Positions 48,970 to 60,168 of a DNA stretch of 64,000 bases are shown here, one piece after another. Source of the stretch: Psammoneis japonica. Taxonomy: Eukaryota. Below the pieces are notes generated by a model that searched no databases, was not told the origin of the DNA, and saw only the letters and a program-made list of their open reading frames with translations. The DNA lies in contig QPGO01000062.1 of the NCBI GenBank assembly GCA_008632985.1, forward strand, positions 186,001 to 250,000, read 5' to 3'. The first letter of the stretch is position 1. Each line of letters begins with the position of its first letter. The translations under genes were made by a program, and so were the position numbers.

Positions 48970-51900
48970 CCACTGGCCGCTGGAGAAAGTGTCTTTCATC
49001 CCACACAACCATCGGCTCTCACATGACACGGGGCTCTCCCAGCACTCACCACACTGCCAGCTCAAAGCTGGGAAGCACCAGTCTGCAATGTTTCAAACCA
49101 AAAAAACACACACTTCTCTTTGAGAGTTTTGGCAATGGCACAATCTTCAAGATGGTGCTGGCATGTCTTCTTGTCTCACCACACATGCCCAGCTGCCAGA
49201 CACCAGACAATGTGCCCAATCTTTTGCATTTCCTGATGCAAAAAAGACGCATCATGCAAACTCCTTGGGGCTGTTGGGATGAATGTTTGCTGCATGGAGA
49301 TGCCATGGCCCCCACCTGTGAGACAAGGCATGGTGGAGTGCAGCAAATGATGAGAGCTGCAGCACTGCGATGTGTGCAAGCGCAGACAGCTGTGCCGCTC
49401 AAGGGTGCTCTCTCTCTGACCTTGAACAGATTTGTCCAAAGGCCAGCCTGGCGCTCCTTTGCAGATTGTGCTGATCTGAGCCTTTTGCCCTCCATTGACA
49501 CTCCACCCCAATGGCTGCATTTAAACCCCCCTCTTTTCCTCTTTTCCCTCACACCTCCGATCTCTCCCAGCTTCTCCATCCAACCTGTCTTTGCTGCTCT
49601 GGGGCTGCTTCCTTGCTCTTCATGACAAAAATGTCCTCACCCGGTGACTGTTGGCTTCAGTCATTGCTCTCACCACCAGTTGTTTTCAGCGGCCAAACTC
49701 ATGACTCATGCCATCTCATGGTGTTCATTCGTCATCCACCATCTCAAACAAAGAAACATGCTGCACAATGCAGCCATGCTTGCTGTGAAGAACTTCCTTG
49801 TTGAGATGTTTGCAAGCTGCTCAACTCATGCATGCATTCCACCTGTTTGCTGTTGTTGATCATGACCAAGTCAACAACAAGAAAGAGAGCCTGTGCAGTG
49901 CCCTTTTTGCTCTTTTTTCTTGTTTTGTGCTCTCATTGTTGACAACCACAAGCAGAAAGGCAAGTCCAACAATGCATTTCAAGCATCAAAATTTGATGAA
50001 GTTGCAAAGGCATGTTCACATGGCCCCTTGTTGTCCAGTTGCTCACACTTGCCATCCCACCCTGTGGACATGGAAAGCAGCCAGCTTGATTCTTTTTTTG
50101 AGCTGTGTGCCAAGTGTGCTGCCTCAAGTTGACAAAGTTGCAGGAGCAGTGCCAGGGAGAATGTGCAAAGGCATCTGACCTCCTGGAACATGAAAATGAC
50201 ATGTTGAAACTCGGGCCAAAGTTTTCGCACTTGTTGTGCCAAGCATTTGCTTTTGCAAGTGAGCGTGCCCCACAAAAAAAGCAAAGCCACCACTTGTGCA
50301 ATGCTGTGAAGGATCCCTTGACATTTTTGTTCTTGTTCAACATGTCTGCAAGGAAGCAACACACAACTCCTGAGTGCCATCTGGGCCCAGCATGCAGCAG
50401 GCCTGGGCAGTGTCCCATTGTCTGACAAGATGTGGGCAGTTGTTTGCAAGATTTGTCTGTTGAGCCCACATCTGCAAGAAAATGTGCTGTTGTTTCTTCA
50501 TTTGCTGCTTTGTCTTCATTTGTTCACAAAAGTGCACATGCTGAATGATGTGCAGACCACATGGCTCATGTCTGTGAGCATGTCTTCATGTCTGCGAGTG
50601 TGTCCTCAGCTGTTGAATGTTTTGTGTCATTCAGCTGTGCACCACGGGTCATCGACATTGCTGTTGTTTGGTTTTTGGTTGTCACAACAGCTGAGCAGCA
50701 TCTCATTGTTGCATCAGAGCAAAAAAAAAAACATTGTTTCATTGCTGCATTGCCAGCTGTGACATTCATGTGCTGCTCAAATCATCATCTCATGCAAGAC
50801 ATCTCCTCCTCCAATGGCTGCCACACACGGCAACTGTGTGGGGAGGAAGAAGCTTCTGTGGCAGCCCAGGCTGCACTGGCTGCTCAAGTGTCTCAAAGAT
50901 TTGTGCATGCACGGGCTTTCAAGGCACAAATGAGGATGGCATGCACTGCTGCATTGATGACTGCAACAAAGATGGCACCCCTGCTCCTCCTCTGACCATC
51001 ACTGCCACAGCATCAAGAAATGCCCCCACATTTGCTGAACCCTGATCTTTTCAAATGAAGCACACAGCCCATCTGCTGGGAAACATGTGCCATGAAGCTG
51101 GAGCTGAACAGGACATTGGTTTGACAGAGAGTTGATTGTGCTGTGCAGCAACAATCCAGCATCAAACATGGAGAATGAGAAATGTTGGAAACACACAAAT
51201 TTGGAAAAAACTGGTCAGCTGCAAGATCGTCAAAACAAGCACGTCATTGTGCTTGCTCACATTGTCAGTTTGAATGTCAAGAACATTGTTGGATGGACAA
51301 GGCAGCTCATGCACTGCAAATGGGTGGAGCAAAGGAGACATTCTTGCTGCAATGACTTGCTGTGCATGCTCCCAAATTGGCCAGCAAATGACTGTGTCCC
51401 CATGAGCAGCTTGCCAAGTGCTCACAACAAAGAGGCTGCCAGTGCCAGATGAAAATCCGGGCATGTCTCTGGCGGCTGACATTGGAGAGCCATGGCAACA
51501 AGCCATTTCCAAAGATGCTCCCCTTGTTGCTGGAGCTGAAGCCAAAGAGGCCTGTGGCACCAACCACACATGACCCAGCTGCGTGCTGGGCTGGAAGCAA
51601 GTGTGAAAGGCGTGGTGCATGCAATGAGCAGGGGACCTTGAGCTTGCTGTCTCCATGTGCAGCCACCACAGTCCAACCCTGGCTGGAGGCTTTGTGGGTG
51701 AAAAGGAGCCCTCAATTGCTGGACAGCTGAGAAATCCAAGGTGCAAGAAACCGCAGCTGTTCAAGGTCTGACCAAAGTGGCAAGAAGATTTGCCACCTGC
51801 AAGCCACATGTGCCCATCTTCAAAGTGTCCCTGCATTGTGAGTGGCAGCATGTCCAATGAGTTGTTCTGGGGATTGTGATGACAAGTCTTTTGCCAGTGC

Positions 51901-53055
51901 CAAAGATGAGGTCAAGCACCAGCTCTCCTCCCAGCTCTAACTGGGCAAACTTTGGCGAGTGATGACTGTCCCAAGAATGGCTTTGTCTGTCCTCTCCCAA
52001 CCAATTTTGCAGGGCTGTTCATGTCCCTCATCCAATGGAGTCAGCAAAGCATGGCTTCAAAGCAAGTGCTCCCATGAAATCACAACCACTTCGTGGCCAT
52101 TCTCAACTCACCTCAACTGTCCACAAGGGCTTGACTCGAGAAGTTGAAGAAGCAGGAAATGGCAAAAAAAGGAAAGCCAACTTGAACAAAAAAGTGCTCA
52201 AGTTGATCCTCTGTTTTATGCCTGAGAAGATGGCCAGCAACTTGTTGTGACAAGGCTGCAACCAAGCCTTGCTTTGCATGCAACAAATGCCAGTCACATC
52301 AATCACAGCCACCCCTGGACCCATCTGCCAACGGTCAACCCAGCAGCTTGCCAAGCACGCATCTGTGAACTCCTCCAAGTCAAGAGATGGAGGCTGCAGA
52401 GACATTCTGGTCCAAGGCTGCTGGTGGTGGAAGAATGCACACTAGATGCCACATTTGATGTCAGAAAGCCACCAACACAGGTGCCAAGTTTTGCCTTTCC
52501 ATGATGCCAGAACAAGTCTCCCATCAGATGAAAAAATGAGAAATGATGCAAGAGAACCTCCAGCCATGCCACGAGCAATGCACTGCATCTTTTCATGGCT
52601 GTCATGGCACTGTGCAAAAGATTGTTTGGCAACGAAGCCCAAGCAACCCAGCTGATGACAGCAGCACAGCTTTTGCAAACAGGTGGCACAAAAGCCGAAG
52701 TGTGCACATTTTTTGCACAATGAGAATGAGTGTTGTGACAGAGAGGTGCCTCTGCTTGAGAGGCTCAAGAACAAGAATCCCCTCCTCCAAGACTTTTGCC
52801 AGACACCTCACTGGAAAGATGGCTCTGGTCTGTCCACCCTGTGCAAGCACCAAACCTCTTTAAGATGATGGTGTCTGTGTGTTGAGACTCAATGCAGACA
52901 TGTTGCCAACCATGGCACACTTTGCATTGAGCCCTCAAAGCTGCTGCATGACTGTTTTTGAATCCCCCACTTTCTTCTGCTTCTGTTCATCTGTTGTTGT
53001 TCTCTCATTGGTGCACCCACCATGCTGAAAACTTGCTGAGAGGACCTGCAACATT
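48970..53055. repeat. TA/CG-depleted degenerate block 4
   Basis: Only a handful of TA in about 4 kb; CG rare; TG/CA-rich. Segment 49229-49403 is homologous to 56318-56475. Confidence 0.75.
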
Positions 53056-53127
53056 GAACATAGTAAGAAAACTCCCTCTCGTCTTTTGAGTAGCCCTTCT
53101 CTGCTGTGGTATCGCTGGACTTATACA

Positions 53128-54291
53128 ATGTCTTTTGATAACCCTTCGACTGAAGCGCTGGTTGAGGCCATTCTTAGCAACTCCTTGTTGCTCGTGGAGA
53201 ATTACCTCAATCGTGGGTGCGATCCGAACTCTACTTCGTCGCTGATATGGCCTCTTCTGGGTGATATCGTAGGAGTTGATTATCTTGCACATGAAGTTGT
53301 TCCCGAAGACACCAAGATGGCGATACAGAACCGTGCAGCCAATCATCATCCTCCTACAGCTCTCCATGCGGCCGTGATCAACTGTTATCACCGAAGTAAG
53401 CAATACAAGGATCACCAATCTACGGCTCGTGCCATTCTTCGTACGCTCTTGCGTCACGGAGCCGATCCTTCCGTGGTTGCCACCAATCTCGTTTTGACCA
53501 ACATTGAAGACAACGTATATAAACTTTTTGACGCTTCCGACAAGACGCCTTGCGGTCTCGCGCTCTTTCTAAAACGTTTCCCGTTTCGCATTTGGAAGGA
53601 TGAGACGCATTCCATGATGGACAAGGTGATTGAAATCCTGCAAGGTCGAGCGTTATTGCCTACTTCTATTCAGCAACCGCAGACACAAATTCTCAAAGCC
53701 ACGGCGGACATGTACAAGAAACTCTTGTTTTCGGCAAATTACAGTGATGTACACTTTCTTTGCAGTGACGGAGTCGAGCTACACGCTCATCGCTGTATTC
53801 TCGCCGCGGCATCGGAATACTTTGACCGATCCTTTCAAGGCCCATGGGTGGAGAATAACGACAATGGAAAGTGGTCGACGGCCCATTCTTCCCAAATCAT
53901 GAAGGCTGTGCTGGCCTTTATTTACAAGGGTGACGTTGCGGGTCATGGCTTGCTCGAGCTCGAGCCACTCGAGTTGTTTTCGGTTGCCGCCGAGTACGAT
54001 ATCCCTAGTCTCATCAAGTTGGCCGAAGACCGGTGTATTCAAAGCATCAAGTGCGACAATGTCAAGGACATTCTCCAAGAGGCACACTTGCATGGCAATG
54101 TGAATATCAAGCGAGCTTGCTTTTTGTTTGTTCAAACCAAGGCGGCTCGTGTCTTGACGGATCCAGAAATGATGGACTTGGCCATGGAGGATCCACAACT
54201 CTGGAAGGAGCTCACCACGGCGATTGCTCCGTCTAGTAGTGGCGACAAGGAAAACCGTGGTCCCAACCGAAAACGCGCTCGTACGCGATAA
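53128..54291 (+). CDS. BTB/POZ-domain protein with ankyrin-like N-terminus
   Basis: TALHAAV...LLRHGADP (ankyrin-like); YSDVHFLCSDGVELHAHRCILAAASEYFDRSF...VLAFIY (BTB) and BACK-like helices. Confidence 0.88.
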   Translation: MSFDNPSTEALVEAILSNSLLLVENYLNRGCDPNSTSSLIWPLLGDIVGVDYLAHEVVPEDTKMAIQNRAANHHPPTALHAAVINCYHRSKQYKDHQSTARAILRTLLRHGADPSVVATNLVLTNIEDNVYKLFDASDKTPCGLALFLKRFPFRIWKDETHSMMDKVIEILQGRALLPTSIQQPQTQILKATADMYKKLLFSANYSDVHFLCSDGVELHAHRCILAAASEYFDRSFQGPWVENNDNGKWSTAHSSQIMKAVLAFIYKGDVAGHGLLELEPLELFSVAAEYDIPSLIKLAEDRCIQSIKCDNVKDILQEAHLHGNVNIKRACFLFVQTKAARVLTDPEMMDLAMEDPQLWKELTTAIAPSSSGDKENRGPNRKRARTR

Positions 54292-54669
54292 GAGAGACTT
54301 TTCGCACAAATACCATTTTGGAAAAAGGCGACACTCCGCAAGATATATATGCACCTGTGCTTGTGTTGTGGCATTTGGTTGCTCATTGCATATATCAAGC
54401 ATTTGTACTTCACGTGTCGTGTGCTGTGTTGGACACTCGCCGACAATATAAAGTAGTAACTTGATTACCGTTCCACGATATCTACATGCTACTAGAGAGT
54501 GTTGAGGAGTTCAAAAGCATTCCAGTGAGAGCCACAAGAAAGTATAGCGGAGTTGGCATCAGCAGTGTTATACCTACTGGCAGTAGATGCAGTAATCGGG
54601 TCCAATTTGGATTCTGTAAACCCATTAGAACTCGAAGGAGACGTCACAGATGCAATAGAAAGCATGGGA

Positions 54670-56375
54670 GCTGTCTCGCACGATCGCCGGGGCGTGGAGC
54701 ATCTTGTGACCGCATCGATTCTTCGAATGAGGGAGGTCGACCAGGCCCTTTTTGAATCGCATGTGCTTGACAATCTTGACCTGCGATGTCTCAAGATCTT
54801 TCCAAGTGTCATTCTTGGTGGCAGCAGACAAACAACCAAAGAAGTTGCCCTTCTTGCAGTTGGGGCGCAACTTGTTGCGGCGGCGACCGGGTTCTTGGAC
54901 CCAAACACAACAACCAATTGCAATGTTCTCAGCAGTCTTGGCAGCAGGGGATGCATCTTGATCCACAGATGCAACAGTCACACCAGAATCCCAGGTGGAT
55001 GTGTGGCAGCAGTGTCCACAGCAGTGGTGGGTGGTGGAGGCCCCAATGATGAACTGTGCAGCACTGCAACAAGATCACCTGCAAGCACCCAAGAGTTTTG
55101 TTTCAGCCAAATTGCACACATCTTTGGAAGTGACAGTCACGTTGGTGCCTCCAGAATGTGTGCTGACAGCCACAGTGGGTGATGCAGTTTTGAGAAGCAG
55201 CCAAACACAACAAGCAGCTTGAAGCACTCCATGCGTTCCTGCAGGTGCACCATCATCAGAGGAGCGGAGGGCTTTTTACCCTTGTCTGTGGACTTGTTGT
55301 CTTTGTTGAACACATCAGCAGTGATGTCATCCCAGTTCTCATGCACTGGTTGGGGTCCTGGTCAGAAGTGAAGGTGTGGCAGTTTCCAGCAGGAACAAAA
55401 ATTGCATCTTCTCCAGCATCGATTGCCTTGGTCATTGCTGCTTTCTGGAGAGTGCAGATCAACTCAGATGGGCATTGTAGATTCCAGGGGCATGGGACAT
55501 GGAGGGCTGCTTTGTCCATCATGGGTTCACCATGCAGTTATTGGTGGTGGTCACAGCAAGTGGCATGATCAGCCATTTAAAGAGTTGCTGGCACAGAATC
55601 TCAACAACATCAACATCAAGACTTGGCTGCACAGAGTCATCTAGAATGACTGTGTCCAGAGTTTTTTCCAAGTGCTGGCTGTTCAGGCAAGCACGTGCAT
55701 CTTTGTGAGCAGGGTGAAGCCCAAATTCAAAGATTGTGGTGGGCTTTGTCATCATCAAATTGACAGCTTTGGTTGACTTGGACATTGCGGGTGCATGTGA
55801 AAGATGCTGCACAGAGCTCTGGTGTGTGCCCTGCAGTGGCCCTGCAATCACAGTTGGCAGGAAAATGCGTGAGATGAAGACTGAGTTTTCTCAAAAATTG
55901 AGCTCCGCAGCTCAAATGCTGCTGGCATGGGTGCTCTGATGGCAGAAAATGGTGCAAGAGCACTCACAACCCAACAGACAATGGTTTGCAAGAACAGTGT
56001 GACACATGCCAGCAGGGCTGGGACAGCAACAACAACTTGGTGCTGGCCAAAAAGAAAGCGCATGTCTGCCAGTTGTTTTTTGGGGTGCCAAGCCTCTGGC
56101 ACTCGGACCTGCGACAAACTTGAGCCTTCTCTGTGTCCTGCTGCAAGTGCAAGGTTCACTTCCTCAAGCATTTGTGCTGGCAACCTCAGAGCCTTTTCAG
56201 CATTGTTTCATTTTTCCAGCTTTGTTGAGACAGGAACGCCTCGATCAGCGTGACTGGACCGGACTGCGCCACAGCATTGGCACGCATTGTCCTGTTGTCA
56301 GAAACCAAGCTCTCCCGTTTCCTGATGCCAGGAAGACGCGTCATGCAAACTCCTTGGGACCGTTGGGGTGAATGT
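54670..56375. repeat. TA/CG-depleted degenerate block 5
   Basis: TA nearly absent; contains a copia fragment and a copy of the block-4 repeat at its right edge. Confidence 0.72.
54730..54920 (-). mobile_element. Ty1/copia polyprotein fragment (post-integrase SH3-like region)
   Basis: GCCVWVQEPGRRRNKLRPNCKKGNFFGCL...WKDLETSQVKIVKHMRFKKG matches the copia consensus FGC.V.V...R.KL......G.FLGY.......YD..T..V.....V.F.E; conserved GY appears as GC. Confidence 0.75.
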
Positions 56376-56668
56376 TTGCTACCTCGAGATGCCGTGGCCC
56401 ACCTGTGAGATGGGATAGAGAGTGCAGCAAATGACCGTTGTATGACGTGTCGGTTAGACGACTGCGCCGCTCGAGATCACGTCTTTTGTCGCTCGCGATG
56501 TCAGCGGGTCCGGGTCCATTTCAGTCACGCCGGTGACTACAGTAATGGGTGAGCATGTTACATCACTGCATGCAAGGATTTATGATGAAGATAAACTAGT
56601 GTTATGAAACTCTATGGCTCGAAACGATTAAGCATCCCCGGGATTAAGTTTAGCACCGCTTTTACGTC

Positions 56669-57556
56669 CTAACATGGATTGCAACTTTGCATACGATGAT
56701 TGCGATCCCTAGTATAGAAATCAATCTGCACCTTAAGAATTATGAATACCGGTACACTTATGAAAACTATACTACTCAACGAGTTGATCTCCAGGACTTT
56801 CTCGTTCTCTAACCCTGCCACGTTGAGGAGAAGGTGGTGGCTAGAGTCAACCGTCGTGTCGGTGCCGTCTACTGCTTCCAGAATGCAGCTGGTTTTGGCT
56901 ACTGTGACTGCCGTGGTCTGGTTTGCTCCTTTCTCTGCAGCTGGCAAGAACTGCGAGTCTAGGTAATCGAGATAGACGTCCTCTTCATGATCTGGTTCTG
57001 GCTCTGGATAGCGTTCCGACAGTTCTTGAAACCGTGCAGCCATAACCTTCAGTTGAACCTTGTTTCTCTCAAGCTCTGTCTTGGCTTTTCTCTTTTCTTC
57101 AGCTGTAAGTTTCTTCCGCCTTGTTGTCGTCCTTGTCCCCGGATGCGACTTGGGCTGGTGTTTACTAGTGCTGCTCAATGTGGAATTCGTCACGGCCATG
57201 GACGGAACGCTTCTGCGTGACGAAGAGTGAGATTTGCCCAAAGCATCTGGTCGTCGCCGTTGGTAATATTGTTGTTGTTGCTGCTGTGATTGGAAAAATG
57301 ATGGTGGTCTCATGACTTGTAGCAGTGAGTTTTGCATGTTGACTTGTGCAGGTTGACTTGAACGATCTGAAATGGCCGAAACACTGTCACTGTCGTCAAA
57401 ACCAACAGACGACTCGGGTGTTCTGTTTGGCACATAAATGACATTGAATTCTGGTGCATCAGTGGCAGATGGAGGGTAGTCTGTTGTCGGGAACGCGCCG
57501 CTCTTTCGGGCACTCGTTGCCTTGATTTCCTTCATAAATTCCTTTGAGTTTACCAT
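56669..57556 (-). CDS. Hypothetical low-complexity protein (3' end uncertain)
   Basis: Approx. 300-aa ORF with S/Q-rich and coiled-coil segments; normal dinucleotide content. Confidence 0.5.
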   Translation of the reverse strand: MVNSKEFMKEIKATSARKSGAFPTTDYPPSATDAPEFNVIYVPNRTPESSVGFDDSDSVSAISDRSSQPAQVNMQNSLLQVMRPPSFFQSQQQQQQYYQRRRPDALGKSHSSSRRSVPSMAVTNSTLSSTSKHQPKSHPGTRTTTRRKKLTAEEKRKAKTELERNKVQLKVMAARFQELSERYPEPEPDHEEDVYLDYLDSQFLPAAEKGANQTTAVTVAKTSCILEAVDGTDTTVDSSHHLLLNVAGLENEKVLEINSLSSIVFISVPVFIILKVQIDFYTRDRNHRMQSCNPC

Positions 57557-58604
57557 GATGATTTTATGAGAGAACAACGTTGAATTGATTTAGTCGTTAC
57601 TTTTTGTGTTAGCATTCGTTGATGCTCCCTTCACGAAACACACACAAGAAACCTATTGCCCAAGACGATTGCACCCAAGATACAAACCAAGATTACGATA
57701 CGACGCTTGGTACACCCAACGCTTGATGTAAATGCCGTTCGCGATTGACCAACTGGCATTACCCCAAAACATTTCACTTCAAACATCGAGGCATAAATCT
57801 AGTTTTGCCGTTGGGCATGTCCGGACAAGAAGTTTGCAATTATTAAGGGTATAAGAGACCACACATAAAACATATCATCACAATGACTGAGTTTCTCAAC
57901 GGACAGATGAAAATGCCTCGATCTTTTTCTCATACGGATGGTCTTTGCGCTTGTTCCCGTAAGAAGGACTTTCGGCTTTGTTTTCACGACTATCTCTATG
58001 ACCCTTCGATCTTGCAGTGTCAATGAAATGACTTGTCCAAAGACGTTGACGAATGTCTCTCCCAATTTTTGACAATTTTCGAGGTAGCCCTACCTACCGC
58101 ACCGGTAGCTTTGCATGCAGTCTTTGTTCCCAGTTCAAAAGGGATCACTCAAAGCCACATCGGCTCTCTAAGCCGGTACCTGTAGCTAGTTTAAAAATCT
58201 ACCGCGAATTGGAATAGCCTGAGATGTCGAACGCAAAGGACAAGAAACCCCTCCTACAGTATCAGTCAGTGGTCAGTGATGCTCTTGCTGCCGCAACATA
58301 CTTCTACTGTAGCTAGTAGAAGCAGCTAGTTAGACTTGCTGTCTCTTGACAACTGCTTAATCAGTTCTACCCTGCTGTGTTCTCCTGCATTCAGTATTGC
58401 TGTAACAGAGCCCTATAAAGAACTCTGCAGGAGGAGGAGAGCAGTATAAGAGGCGAACGTTAAGATTAGGTTCCTCTGCTATTGCAAGCACGACGAATCG
58501 CGAAATGCTGCAACTTTGCCGAAAATCTTCTTCTTCTAGTCTGTTTAGTATTTTATGGGTCTAGAGACAGGGGAGAGAAAATTCAAATCCCTTGAACATC
58601 TTGT

Positions 58605-59534
58605 TCAAAACAAAGGATTGCTCATCCGTCTGGGACGACCTTGTTGTTGATTTGCGGTGCTCGTCCACGACCTTAGCAAGTCTCTTCGGGACGCGGACGA
58701 CTTTTTCATCATTTCGAGCAACGCTTTCGACCCTAGATTCGTTTCTTTTTCGATTTCCTCTTTGGTATCCTTGGCTACTTTTTCGGCACCTACAGGTTGC
58801 GTTGATTCTTCCTTCTCATCATCCTGTTCCTTCGGCTTTTCCGAGACTTTGTCGGTCTCTTTCTCATTAGACGACAGTACTCGATAGTATAGCTCTTGCG
58901 AGTGATAGGATCGCTCGAGTGCCGACAACAGTCGTTTAGAAAGTGAGTCAAAGTCAAGATCTTCTTTCTCCTGCTTTTTCACACGTTTTGACTTGTGCTT
59001 TGACTTGCTGCTCCGCTTAGTTGGCTTTTTGCTCTTCTTTTTCACAGTCTTTTGCTTGCCTTTTCTACTGCTACTTCTCCGACTAGTTTTCTTCTTTCGC
59101 TTTGAGGATGCCTTCTCCTTGATGGGTTCAAACACTGCCTTGGTAGCCGCCCCGCTGTTATATTGAATGGGCTCGTGAACCTTTCGAAAAAATTCGAGTT
59201 GTTTGTCTTCCTCCTCGTCTCGAAACATGCTTGTCGATAAACAAACGTCCGGTACCAACTCCTGAGAATAAACCATATCATCCTGAATAGCTGTCGGATC
59301 AATCAGTGCCATATCATCCTCATCGGGCCTCACTTGATGGAGCACGAAATTGATTGGTTGCTTCATTTTCGGCTTGATTGTGCTTTGCATTTCCTCAAAC
59401 ACACCCGTTGGAGATGCACAGAACGAGTACTCAAGTACAGAGGCCGAGAAGAGCGCCTCATTCATCATGGCATCGTCGGCCTCAAACGAGACCGACGGTA
59501 CAGAGGAGTCGACATCGTCGAGAAGGGTCGTCAT
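58605..59534 (-). CDS. Hypothetical protein with K/S-rich tract
   Basis: 309-aa ORF with ATG start; acidic N-terminus, basic middle, LLEMMKKSSASRRDL helix. Confidence 0.65.
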   Translation of the reverse strand: MTTLLDDVDSSVPSVSFEADDAMMNEALFSASVLEYSFCASPTGVFEEMQSTIKPKMKQPINFVLHQVRPDEDDMALIDPTAIQDDMVYSQELVPDVCLSTSMFRDEEEDKQLEFFRKVHEPIQYNSGAATKAVFEPIKEKASSKRKKKTSRRSSSRKGKQKTVKKKSKKPTKRSSKSKHKSKRVKKQEKEDLDFDSLSKRLLSALERSYHSQELYYRVLSSNEKETDKVSEKPKEQDDEKEESTQPVGAEKVAKDTKEEIEKETNLGSKALLEMMKKSSASRRDLLRSWTSTANQQQGRPRRMSNPLF

Positions 59535-59841
59535 TTTTTCGTTGTGTGCTGGTCGCGATCTTATTTTGGAGTGGTACTGTCACTGTGTAGAATTCTACAG
59601 GGAACATTCCCATGCAGTCGTTCGCAAAGAGTTTTTGAACATATTTTATACTTATACAGAACTGTATGTACACAGATTATACTAACTCAAAGACATAAAT
59701 ATTTCAATTAGCAATATTCGATGTCGTAATTTCTACGCCAGCGACAGTACAAGAGCAAGCACGAATGCGTTGTCGCGTGAACGTCCGTCCATGGCGCGTG
59801 TCTGACATGCGCCTGTTTGGTCTTGCTTTTTTTCTTTTCGC

Positions 59842-59925
59842 CTCTACTAAAGTAGCTAGAGTAGAGAGAGTAGAGACTCTAGTAGCTAGTTTCTAGAGTG
59901 GAGAGGCCTCTACTCTAGAGTAGAC
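59842..59925. repeat. CTAG/TAGAG island
   Basis: 16-bp palindrome TCTACTCTAGAGTAGA at 59909-59924. Confidence 0.75.
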
Positions 59926-60168
59926 AGTTGCTATTTTAAGTAGAAGAACCTTGCCTACATCTCTTCATTGGTCTACGACCAACCAAATAAAGCATTGAGT
60001 GCTGCGTAGTAGAAGCAACGTCTCAAGAACATTGGACTCCTCGAGACTGAGAACAGTTGCCTCTGTGATTTCTGCGCTCGAGTGTCTTATGCGATCACTA
60101 TCAGTAGCATTGAAAAGTTTTTTATGATTAGAAAAAGTGTTTTAACGTACGGTTCTCCACTCACAAGT

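Noticed and set aside
48970..53055. Dense overlapping Cys/His-rich ORFs in all six frames (also in blocks 1, 2, 3 and 5) as novel metal-binding genes
   Set aside because: A by-product of TA loss: TAA/TAG stops and Tyr codons vanish while TGY/CAY accumulate. No coherent domains in most.
56480..56562. Possible LTR start (TGTAAC on the minus strand) for block 5
   Set aside because: No second LTR, PBS, PPT or TSD found in the window.
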